This document shows positions 8,518-17,164 of a stretch of 64,000 bases of DNA, piece after piece (the stretch's first letter is position 1; the number at the start of each line of letters is the position of its first letter). Source of the DNA: an uncultured Fidelibacterota bacterium (lineage in GTDB: Bacteria > Fidelibacterota > Marinisomatia > Marinisomatales > Marinisomataceae). The position numbers were made by a program, and so were the translations under genes. The notes below the pieces were generated by a model. It had not been told where the DNA came from. It saw only the letters and a program-made list of their open reading frames with translations, and made no database searches. The stretch spans positions 6,966 to 70,965 of the forward strand of contig CACOSI010000003.1 of the NCBI GenBank assembly GCA_902629855.1, in the 5' to 3' direction.

Positions 8518-11500
8518 TTACAGATCGTAACCTACTTGAATAGTTGAGAAACGTCCCATTTCAGGTCCTAAGAACATTTCTTTATGTTTAACATCTGTAA
8601 TGTTTTGAACTGATAGTCCAACTGACATACCATCTACCGCATCAATATCCCATTTAGCATTTAAGTCTAAAGTATAGAAAGATTCAACTCTACCAGTAGC
8701 GAAACCAGTGTTTGAATCAAATGCGTCTTGGTATCTTAGAGACAAACCGTATGATCTTCCAGCTTCACTAAACTGAAGTCCACCACCCATTTTGAATTCA
8801 GGAGTGTTCATTTCAACTTGTGTTTCTGCGCCTTCAAAATCAGCTTTTAAGATTTGGTCACTAAGTAATGACATATTTAGGTAGAAATTCCAGTTACTGT
8901 TAGGGAAATAGTTAAGTGTAGCTTCCATACCATGTAATTGAATATCTTCACTTAATTGTTTATACCCAACAATTAAATTACCACCATATTGTGATGATAC
9001 AGGTGAAATTGCACCCATTGGAGTTTGTGCTAAATTACCTAGAATTAATGCAGCATATTCATCTGCACCAGTTCCGTTTGCATTACCACCAGCTGCTGGA
9101 TTATCCCATCCACTTACAAGTGCTGTAAGCTCTGTGTTTCCAGCCATTCCAGTCATAATAGCAGCTACGTAACTAGCAGCGTCACCCATTGATGTTACAA
9201 TACCTGAAACAGGTTGAAGATTTGTTACATATCCTTCAACATCTAATTGGTATACATCAACAGCTAATGTCATATTATCAGTAATTTGTCCTTTATAACC
9301 CATTTCTGTCTGAGTCCAAGTTGTTTGTTTAACAATTGGTGAATCAGGTAAGTCAGTTAATGGATTGATTAGGTTTTGACCGAAATCAATTACAAAATTA
9401 CTGAAACTTCCAGGCATAGCAGTTGCAGCTAATGTCATAAGATCTTGAGCACCAACACCTGCAGCAGCTTGTGCAGCAGCACCAACAGCAGCAGTTACAT
9501 CGCCAGTAGCACCAAGAGTAGCATTAAATGCACCTTGAACAGTCGCACCGAAGCCCATTTGAGCTAGAGTAAGACCAGCACCTAGACCAGCAGCCATTTG
9601 TTGTCCAATTCCAGCACCAACAGCTGCTAAGTATGCAGCACCTTGAGCACTTTGTAAGAATTGACCAGTAAATAATGGAGCAAAGACTCCATGAGCTGCA
9701 GCATTAATTGTACTATTATTCATAGCAAAATTAGTATTAATGTCTGCACCTAACGCTGGTGACCAGTTTGAACGGAAAGTATGTAGTCCGTTCGCGTCTC
9801 TATCATAAGTATATCCAACTGTTGATGAACCCATTGCTTTAACCTGAAAATCAGGGTTAAATGGTAATCCACCAAATGCTGGATCTTGGAAATTAATTCC
9901 TAGTCCACCGTAAACAAAGTCTCTTGCAACACCAATATCAAGATTCTTTGTAAAGTTACCAGGTAAATCGATGTTTTGACCGTAAGTAAGACGGAAATTA
10001 CCTCTTACGTTCTCAGGGGACCATACAAGAGCTAATTTAGGAGCAAATAGTGTATCTTCTCCAATATCTCTAGTAAAGTTACTTGAGTCCATTCTTCCGG
10101 TACCAACAAATTTTAGTTTATCACCCCATTTTTTCTCATATGAGTAATAAGCACCAATATTTTGGAAATCATCGATGTCTTCATGTTGACCGTTAATAGT
10201 TCCATCAGTTTCAGGAGTTCTATCAAGTACATCAACACCCCAAACAAGTGACTGACCATTTTTCAATGGAATATTATGTTGCATTTGGAAAGCAATATTT
10301 GATGATGTATCATATACAACTAAACCAGTTTGAACATTATAAGTAGTTTCTTGTTTGTTTTTGTTAGTAAATAAATTTAAAAATAAATCACCGCCAAGAA
10401 AATCTTGTCTAGAGTATGAAACTTGGAATTGATTTAAGTCCGCGTCATCAGCAAACTGTCTACCAACACCTGTCATCTCAATAGCTGAAATGTTAGCATG
10501 TCTAGCATTAATTTTTAAGGTAGATTTAAGATCTAAACGCAATTCAGTTTGCATATCAACAATCATTGCTTCAGGTTTAAATCCATCTCTTGCAGTGTTT
10601 ACAACTCCACCAACAGGATCGTTGTATGAAGTGTTAAAATCAACAAATGGATAAGTTGTAGTTTGAAGACCTCTTCTAATTGTTGTAGGCTCAAAATACG
10701 TATGCCCTTGAGCTGTCGCTTCGTTGACAGTTAATGGCATATTGCTTTCCCAATCTGTGAATGTAGTGTGTTTTACACTAACACGTGTAGCCGCTCTTGG
10801 ACCCCACTGATGTGCATAACGCGCATATAACTTCATATAATCTCTGTCACCAGCTGTAATAGCTATTCTTGAACCTTGATTAAATGGAGATTTAGTGTAA
10901 ACCGCAATAACTCCTTGCTGTGTATCAGGACCATACATTGGTGTAGCAGGACCTCTTACTAGCTCGAGTCTTTCTATTTCTGAGTCATCTGGTGCAAAGA
11001 ACTGTAGTAATTGAGCATTAACAACAGGAGCTCTTGTCCAACGGTTATCTACAACAGCATGAATTGCTCCTGAGAAAACACTATTGAAACCACGAACTGT
11101 CATGTTAGATGATTCAATACCCATCTTCATTGTTTCAACACCAGCTTTATTTGCTAATACGTCTACTACGGAAGCAGCACCACGAGCTTGTAGCTCCTCA
11201 CCACTGAAAACCTCCACACTAGCAGGCGAATCAACAACTAACTCTTTTTTAAAAGATGCAGATACAACAACTTGATCAAGTAATAAATTACTTTTTTCAA
11301 GAGTTAAATTTGCACTTGCTGCTTGTCCACCACTAATGGTAACTACTGCACTTGCATCACTATAACCAATGTATGAAGCTGTAACAGTGTATGTACCATC
11401 ATTAAGTCCTGAAATAGAGAAAGACCCATCATTATTAGATGAAGCACCCATATCAGTACCCTCTACCGAAACATTAGCACCAGCTAGAGCATTACCATCG

Positions 11501-11598
11501 TCACCGCTGACGGTACCAGTAATGTTCTGCGCTACTAAAGTTGCGACAGAAAAAAGTAGGACAACAACAAATTGAAAACTTTGTCTATTAAGTTTCAT
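8518..11598 (-). CDS. TonB-dependent outer-membrane receptor with N-terminal carboxypeptidase-regulatory-like domain
   Basis: Signal peptide MKLNRQSFQFVVVLLFSVATLVAQ. CarboxypepD_reg-like ITGTVSGDDGNALAGANVSVEG...GTYTVTASYIGYS. Plug-like VVVSASFKKELVVDSPASVEVFSGEELQARGAASVVDVLANKAGV. C-terminal barrel strands rich in Y/F/W. GAGGT Shine-Dalgarno 7 nt upstream of the ATG. Confidence 0.88.
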   Translation of the reverse strand: MKLNRQSFQFVVVLLFSVATLVAQNITGTVSGDDGNALAGANVSVEGTDMGASSNNDGSFSISGLNDGTYTVTASYIGYSDASAVVTISGGQAASANLTLEKSNLLLDQVVVSASFKKELVVDSPASVEVFSGEELQARGAASVVDVLANKAGVETMKMGIESSNMTVRGFNSVFSGAIHAVVDNRWTRAPVVNAQLLQFFAPDDSEIERLELVRGPATPMYGPDTQQGVIAVYTKSPFNQGSRIAITAGDRDYMKLYARYAHQWGPRAATRVSVKHTTFTDWESNMPLTVNEATAQGHTYFEPTTIRRGLQTTTYPFVDFNTSYNDPVGGVVNTARDGFKPEAMIVDMQTELRLDLKSTLKINARHANISAIEMTGVGRQFADDADLNQFQVSYSRQDFLGGDLFLNLFTNKNKQETTYNVQTGLVVYDTSSNIAFQMQHNIPLKNGQSLVWGVDVLDRTPETDGTINGQHEDIDDFQNIGAYYSYEKKWGDKLKFVGTGRMDSSNFTRDIGEDTLFAPKLALVWSPENVRGNFRLTYGQNIDLPGNFTKNLDIGVARDFVYGGLGINFQDPAFGGLPFNPDFQVKAMGSSTVGYTYDRDANGLHTFRSNWSPALGADINTNFAMNNSTINAAAHGVFAPLFTGQFLQSAQGAAYLAAVGAGIGQQMAAGLGAGLTLAQMGFGATVQGAFNATLGATGDVTAAVGAAAQAAAGVGAQDLMTLAATAMPGSFSNFVIDFGQNLINPLTDLPDSPIVKQTTWTQTEMGYKGQITDNMTLAVDVYQLDVEGYVTNLQPVSGIVTSMGDAASYVAAIMTGMAGNTELTALVSGWDNPAAGGNANGTGADEYAALILGNLAQTPMGAISPVSSQYGGNLIVGYKQLSEDIQLHGMEATLNYFPNSNWNFYLNMSLLSDQILKADFEGAETQVEMNTPEFKMGGGLQFSEAGRSYGLSLRYQDAFDSNTGFATGRVESFYTLDLNAKWDIDAVDGMSVGLSVQNITDVKHKEMFLGPEMGRFSTIQVGYDL

Positions 11599-11734
11599 TA
11601 TTTATACCTCTTTTTTTATTATCAGTTAGTTTTGTTATGTCGTATAGACCATAACACTATCAATTTTTTTAAGGTATAACCATAAATGAAAAAAACCAAA
11701 CAAAAAATCCTTTGTTTTTATTAACTTAGTTTTC

Positions 11735-12229
11735 ATGAAAATAACAAAAATATTAACTTTAATTTTAATGTTTACCATTAGTTTTTCACAAACAACGGAA
11801 GAGGATATGGAAAAGAAAAAATCTGAACTAACTGACATGCAATATTATGTAACTCAAGAGTGCGGAACTGAACCAGCCTTTGATAATGAATTTTGGGATC
11901 ATAAGGAGCCAGGTATTTATGTAGATATAGTTTCAGGAGAAGCATTATTTGCCTCTGTTCATAAATATGATTCAAATTCAGGTTGGCCATCATTTTATCA
12001 GCCTATTAAGAGCGAAAATTTACAATTTGAACAAGATTATACACTTTTAATGCCAAGAACTGAGGTAAAAAGCAAAGAGGGTGATTCGCATTTAGGGCAT
12101 GTTTTCAATGACGGTCCTAATCCAACAGGTTTAAGATATTGCATAAACTCTGCATCTCTGAAATTTATACCTCTTAAAGAAATGGAAGATAAAGGATATA
12201 AAGAATTTTTGTATCTTTTTGATACTTAA
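11735..12229 (+). CDS. msrB: Peptide-methionine (R)-S-oxide reductase MsrB, possibly exported
   Basis: [15 protein letters not shown] and RYCINSASL motifs. The longest ORF adds a signal-peptide-like [19 protein letters not shown]. An alternative in-frame ATG at 11807, preceded by GGAAGAGGAT, would give a cytoplasmic form. Confidence 0.85.
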   Translation: MKITKILTLILMFTISFSQTTEEDMEKKKSELTDMQYYVTQECGTEPAFDNEFWDHKEPGIYVDIVSGEALFASVHKYDSNSGWPSFYQPIKSENLQFEQDYTLLMPRTEVKSKEGDSHLGHVFNDGPNPTGLRYCINSASLKFIPLKEMEDKGYKEFLYLFDT

Positions 12230-13572
12230 TGGAAAATGCCTCTAGATTAAATAGTTTTTTAGCCAATCCTCCAAAAGCACTTTGGACTATGGCGTTACCA
12301 ATTATCGCAGGAATGATGGTGCAAACTTTATTCAATGTGGTAGATATTATGTTCATAGGATGGCTGGGTGCAGATGAGGTAACAGCTGTTGCATTTGTTA
12401 GCCCACTTTTTTTTATAATTATTGGCCTTGCAGTAGGGATTGGTTCTGGTATTACAGCAACCATTGCTCAATCTATTGGAAGAAAAGATAAAGAAGATGC
12501 TGATAATTGTGCTGATCATACTATATTAATAGGCTTAACCATTACAGTTGTGTTGTCAGTACTCGGTATTTTCTATGGTAGAGAATTATTGTATTTATTA
12601 GGTGCATCAGGCCACATTCTGGATATTTCATACGAATATCTGAGAGTTTTAACATTTGGAATTGGTTTAGTCGTTTTTTCTTTATTTTTCAGAGCAATAA
12701 TGGCTGGGGAAGGTGAAACAAAAATTCCGATGATAATAGGATTAATTGGAACTTTCTTAAATCTTATTTTAGATCCAATTTTTATTTTTTATCTAGGGTA
12801 TGGAGTAAGAGGAGCAGCGCTTGCGACAGTTATAAGCCAGCTGGTGATGCTAATGGCTTATTTATTTATAATTTTTGTAAAAAAATCAACTTATATATCA
12901 TTCAATATCAGCAATTTTAAATATAGCAGTAGCATAATTTCGAAAATTTTAAATATTGGTATTCCATCTTCTTTATCAATGCTTATAATATCTTTTGGAC
13001 AGGTGGTAATGAATAGGATAATTATTAATTACTCAACAGAAGCAGTTGCGGCTTATCAAATTGTCTCAAGAATCGACATGTTACTTTTCATGCCAATCCT
13101 TGGAATAGCCATTGCTTTAACAACAATTGTAGGAATGTTTTATGGAGCCAATGAAAATGAAAAACTACTTTCAGTAGTAAATTATGGCCTTAATCGAGCA
13201 TTTTTAATCACTTTAGTTAGTGTATTGATCTTATTTCTTTCCGCAGAAAAAATTCTACCAATTTTTACTTCAAGCACAGAAGTTATAAATGTTGGAATAA
13301 CATATTTAAAAATTATAGTTTTGGTCTATCCTGTAGTAGGTATAAGTGTTATTTGTTCAAGAGTATGTCAGGCATTGGGAGAGGGAATGCCATTACTAAT
13401 TACAACTATTACCAGAGTACTGATTCTAACTGCTCCATTATCTTATTATTTCTATATCATTGGAAAACCAATTGAGTGGGTTTGGTTTTCACAAGTATTT
13501 GCGATAGTTATTGCAGCTATTATTTCATACACATGGATGAGACATTACTTCAAAAAATTTGCTATAGTTTAA
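12229..13572 (+). CDS. MATE family efflux transporter
   Basis: 447 aa, about 12 predicted TM segments. N-terminal ALWTMALPIIAGMMVQTLFNVVDIMFIGWLG is typical of MATE/NorM-like proteins. TAATG overlap with msrB. Confidence 0.85.
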   Translation: MENASRLNSFLANPPKALWTMALPIIAGMMVQTLFNVVDIMFIGWLGADEVTAVAFVSPLFFIIIGLAVGIGSGITATIAQSIGRKDKEDADNCADHTILIGLTITVVLSVLGIFYGRELLYLLGASGHILDISYEYLRVLTFGIGLVVFSLFFRAIMAGEGETKIPMIIGLIGTFLNLILDPIFIFYLGYGVRGAALATVISQLVMLMAYLFIIFVKKSTYISFNISNFKYSSSIISKILNIGIPSSLSMLIISFGQVVMNRIIINYSTEAVAAYQIVSRIDMLLFMPILGIAIALTTIVGMFYGANENEKLLSVVNYGLNRAFLITLVSVLILFLSAEKILPIFTSSTEVINVGITYLKIIVLVYPVVGISVICSRVCQALGEGMPLLITTITRVLILTAPLSYYFYIIGKPIEWVWFSQVFAIVIAAIISYTWMRHYFKKFAIV

Positions 13573-13594
13573 TAGATTAGAAGTAATTTTAATT

Positions 13595-14050
13595 ATGACT
13601 ATTTTTAAAAATCTTAAAGAAGTTGAAAATTTTGTAGGTAAAGAGCTAGGGACTGGCGACTGGCATCAAATAACACAAGAGCAAATAACAAAATTTGGAA
13701 AAGTAACAGGAGATGAACAGTGGATTCATATGAAACCAATGAAATCTAAAATGTTTTCTCCTTTCAAAAATACTATTGCTCATGGCTTCCTTGTACTGTC
13801 CTTACTTCCAAAATTTCTAGAAAAAACTTATACAATTAAATCAGCAAAAATGGGAGTCAATTATGGACTTAATAGAGTCAGATTTACAGCTCCAGTTGTT
13901 GTAAATAGTTTTGTTCGAGGAAAAGTTTTTTTGAAAGAATTTATAAAAATCAAAAAAGGTGCAAAACTTACTGTCAAAGTTGAGATAGAGTTAAAAAATA
14001 GTACTAAACCAGCGTGTGTAGCGGAACAAGTTTTCTTAATCTACGAGTAA
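13595..14050 (+). CDS. MaoC-like (R)-specific enoyl-CoA hydratase / hotdog-fold dehydratase
   Basis: 151 aa. FGKVTGDEQWIHM and TIAHGFLVLSL match the MaoC dehydratase signature region. Confidence 0.8.
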   Translation: MTIFKNLKEVENFVGKELGTGDWHQITQEQITKFGKVTGDEQWIHMKPMKSKMFSPFKNTIAHGFLVLSLLPKFLEKTYTIKSAKMGVNYGLNRVRFTAPVVVNSFVRGKVFLKEFIKIKKGAKLTVKVEIELKNSTKPACVAEQVFLIYE

Positions 14051-14760
14051 TGGATAATAAAATTCAAAAATTATACCTAATTAGACACGGTCAAGCATCT
14101 TTTGGTGAAAAAAATTATGATAATTTAAGTAAAAAGGGCTTTAAGCAGTCCATTAGCTTAGGGAGGAAGTTAAAAAAAGAAAAAATTGAGTTCGAAAATA
14201 TCATTATTGGTCCATTAAATCGACACAGACAAACGTTCGAAGGTATTAAAGAGGGTTTCAAGGGAAAAGTAAAGGATCCTGTTATTATAAATGAATTTGC
14301 TGAAAATCAATTAATGGAAATAGCACAACATTATATTCCAATTATGCTCAATACAGAAAAAAGTATGAAGGAAATTTTTAGTGAAGTTCCTATTTGGAAG
14401 CGTAGAAAAGAATTTTTTAAATATTTTAATATTATTGCAAAAAAATGGATTTTGGGGGAGTATGATTTCTCGAAAAATAAATTTGAGACTTATAAAGACT
14501 TTCGCAAAAGAATTAAATTTGCTAAAAATAAAGTTCATAATTTGATGAAGGATGATAATCATACTATGGTTGTATCTTCAGGAGGTGCAATTACAGGTAT
14601 TTATTCAGAGTGTGAACCTCTAACCGTAGATGAAATTATGCAAAATAGCTTTGAAATAAAAAATGCTTCAGTATCAACATTTATAAAACAAAATCAAGGT
14701 TTTACATTAGAATCATTTAATCGTAGTTTAATACCTAAATACTTAGAAACTTATATTTAA
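14050..14760 (+). CDS. Histidine phosphatase (phosphoglycerate mutase) family protein
   Basis: LYLIRHGQASFG (RHG catalytic motif) near the N-terminus. Start moved from the track GTG 14014 to ATG 14050, which forms a TAATG overlap with the MaoC stop. Confidence 0.75.
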   Translation: MDNKIQKLYLIRHGQASFGEKNYDNLSKKGFKQSISLGRKLKKEKIEFENIIIGPLNRHRQTFEGIKEGFKGKVKDPVIINEFAENQLMEIAQHYIPIMLNTEKSMKEIFSEVPIWKRRKEFFKYFNIIAKKWILGEYDFSKNKFETYKDFRKRIKFAKNKVHNLMKDDNHTMVVSSGGAITGIYSECEPLTVDEIMQNSFEIKNASVSTFIKQNQGFTLESFNRSLIPKYLETYI

Positions 14761-14762
14761 AC

Positions 14763-15959
14763 ATGTCTGTATCAGAAAAAGATTTTAAAAAAATAAAAAA
14801 TGAGATCAGGGATTTTGTTGAAAAAGAAATGATTCCTGATGAATCTTCTATAGATCACAATCATAGATTTGAGGAAAGTCTACCAATTCTTGAAGAAAAA
14901 AGAAAAAAGGTGAAAAAAATGGGATATTTTTCTCCTCAAATACCTAAAAATTATGGCGGTTTAGGATTAAACTTATACCAGCTTGGTCAAATTTATGAAA
15001 TTTTAGGAAGAACCTTTTACGGTTTATATGTTTTCAATTGTCAAGCACCTGACGCGGGCAATATGGAAATTTTAATTGAACATGGAACAGATTATCAAAA
15101 GGAAAATTTTCTATTACCTCTCATTAAAGGTGAATCTAGAAGCTGTTTTTCTATGACAGAACCTGATTTTGCTGGATCGAATCCAGTCTTAATGGGTACA
15201 ACTGCAACAAAAGATGGAGATAATTATATAATAAATGGACATAAGTGGTTTACTTCATCTGCTGATGGTGCAGATTTTGCAATTGTAATGGTAATAACAG
15301 ATCCTGATAATTCAAATCCTTACATGAGAGCCTCTCAAATAATTGTTCCAACTGATACTCCTGGTTTTAATTTTATTAGAAACATATCTGTTATGGGAGA
15401 TGAGGGTGATGGTTGGAATTCTCACGCAGAAATAAAATATGAAAATTGTATTGTTCCTGAAAAAAATATTCTTGGCCCTGTTGGTGCAGGATTTAAGATT
15501 GCTCAAGAAAGACTAGGACCTGGAAGAATTCATCATTGTATGAGATGGATTGGTCAATGCGAAAAAGCTTTCGAAATGATGTGTGAAAGAGCAGCAAGCA
15601 GAGATCTTATGCCTGGAAAACCATTATCTTCAAAACAAACAATTCAAAATTGGATAGCCGAATCAAGAGCAGAAATAAATGCGTCTAGATTATTAGTTCT
15701 TGATGCTGCTAAAAAAATTGATGAATATGGCGCTTATAAAGCCAAGGTAGAAATATCAACAATCAAGTTTTATGTTGCACAAGTTATGCAAAATGTTTTA
15801 GATAGAGCTCTTCAGGTTCACGGAGCATTAGGTATGACGGATGATACTCCAATAGCAGCTTTATTTAGGCATGAAAGGTCAGCGAGAATTTATGATGGTG
15901 CTGACGAGGTTCATAAGTCTAGAGTTGCAAAAGAAATATTAAAAAAATATTCAAAGTAA
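14763..15959 (+). CDS. Acyl-CoA dehydrogenase, FadE2 / ACAD10-ACAD11-type
   Basis: CFSMTEPDFAGSNP, INGHKWFTSSA, LGPGRIHHCMRWIG and ARIYDGADEVH strings, as I recognise them from the FadE2/ACAD10/11 clade of ACADs. Confidence 0.85.
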   Translation: MSVSEKDFKKIKNEIRDFVEKEMIPDESSIDHNHRFEESLPILEEKRKKVKKMGYFSPQIPKNYGGLGLNLYQLGQIYEILGRTFYGLYVFNCQAPDAGNMEILIEHGTDYQKENFLLPLIKGESRSCFSMTEPDFAGSNPVLMGTTATKDGDNYIINGHKWFTSSADGADFAIVMVITDPDNSNPYMRASQIIVPTDTPGFNFIRNISVMGDEGDGWNSHAEIKYENCIVPEKNILGPVGAGFKIAQERLGPGRIHHCMRWIGQCEKAFEMMCERAASRDLMPGKPLSSKQTIQNWIAESRAEINASRLLVLDAAKKIDEYGAYKAKVEISTIKFYVAQVMQNVLDRALQVHGALGMTDDTPIAALFRHERSARIYDGADEVHKSRVAKEILKKYSK

Positions 15960-15960
15960 A

Positions 15961-17115
15961 ATGTTTAGCTTAAAGCTAAAAGTACCATTAAAGCTTAAAC
16001 TTTTCTATTTAGCATCAAAATTAAATAATAAGAGAAAATCCTCTACATTTTCAGAAGATTTACCAAAAAAGGTAAGAAATGGGGAAGAATTAGACTTAGT
16101 AAAACTTAAAAAATATTTGTTAAAAAATAATTTTGATTTAAATGATGTCAATCAATTTCCAAGTGGCTACTCAAATCTTACGTATTTATTAACATCCGGT
16201 AGCAAAGAATACATCCTAAGAAAACCACCATTTGGAGCTGAAAGCCTCAAGGGTGGTCACGACATGTTAAGAGAATTTACTGTTTTAAAAAATCTAAAGT
16301 CTCAGTTCGATTTAGTACCTAAAGTATATCATTTCTGTGACGATAAAAGTATAATTGGTTCCACTTTTTACTTAATGGAGAGAGTTAAAGGAAATATCAT
16401 AAGGCCTAATTTATCAGAAGAAAACTCCCCTGGAAAAAAGATTATTCGAGAAATATCAAAGCAAATGATTAATACACTTTCAACACTTCATAATGTTGAC
16501 ATAAAAGCTGCAAATCTTACCGATTTAGGAAAAATTAATGGTTATAATCAAAGACAAGTTGATGGATGGATCAAAAGATATTACCATTCCAAAACAAGTA
16601 CTATTGATAATATGGAATTTGTAGCAAAATGGTTAAAAAATAATATTCCCATGGAATCTAAAGCATCTATTATTCATAATGACTTCAAGTACGACAATAT
16701 TGTATTGGATAAAGAAAATTTTTCAAGAATAAATGCTATTCTCGATTGGGAAATGGCTACTATTGGTGATCCTCTTATGGATCTAGGAACTTCACTGGGT
16801 TATTGGGTTGATAATGATGATTTACCAGAATTAAAACTATTTCAGTTAAGTGCTACCACTCTTCAAGGAAACCCAACTAGAGAAGAATTTTTACATGAAT
16901 ATATGTTAAAGTCAAATACCAAAATAGATAATCCAATTTTCTATTATGTGTTTGGTTTGTTCAAAATTGCTGTGATAGCTCAACAAATTTTTTTCAGATA
17001 CAAAAAAGGGTATACAAAAGATAAAAGATTTAAGCTACTAGAGTTAGCTGTTATTTCTCTGTCAGTAATGGCAAAGCAATCTATTGAAAAAAATAGACTT
17101 AGTAATTTATTCTAA
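15961..17115 (+). CDS. APH-fold phosphotransferase (ACAD10/11 N-terminal kinase-like)
   Basis: FPSGYSNLTYLL, catalytic loop IIHNDFKYDNIVLD and ILDWEMATIGDPLMDL. Starts 1 nt after the ACAD stop. Confidence 0.8.
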   Translation: MFSLKLKVPLKLKLFYLASKLNNKRKSSTFSEDLPKKVRNGEELDLVKLKKYLLKNNFDLNDVNQFPSGYSNLTYLLTSGSKEYILRKPPFGAESLKGGHDMLREFTVLKNLKSQFDLVPKVYHFCDDKSIIGSTFYLMERVKGNIIRPNLSEENSPGKKIIREISKQMINTLSTLHNVDIKAANLTDLGKINGYNQRQVDGWIKRYYHSKTSTIDNMEFVAKWLKNNIPMESKASIIHNDFKYDNIVLDKENFSRINAILDWEMATIGDPLMDLGTSLGYWVDNDDLPELKLFQLSATTLQGNPTREEFLHEYMLKSNTKIDNPIFYYVFGLFKIAVIAQQIFFRYKKGYTKDKRFKLLELAVISLSVMAKQSIEKNRLSNLF

Positions 17116-17147
17116 AAAAAAGGCCTTCAAAAGAAGGCCTTTTTTTT
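17114..17147. terminator. Bidirectional intrinsic terminator shared by the kinase gene (+) and proteorhodopsin (-)
   Basis: A-run, AAGGCCTTC-aaaa-GAAGGCCTT (9-bp stem, 4-nt loop), then T7. Lies between two convergent stops. Confidence 0.9.
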
Positions 17148-17164
17148 ATCATTTTTTAAATGAA

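Noticed and set aside
11599-11806. Riboswitch or leader RNA upstream of the TonB-dependent receptor (e.g. a BtuB-type B12 element)
   Set aside because: The segment is short, AT-rich and without conserved GC-containing helices. It is partly occupied by the msrB 5' end on the other strand.
14014-14049. Longer GTG-initiated N-terminus of the histidine phosphatase (track start 14014)
   Set aside because: It would overlap the MaoC gene by 37 nt and add a non-homologous peptide. ATG 14050 forms a typical TAATG junction and places the RHG motif at the usual distance from the N-terminus.
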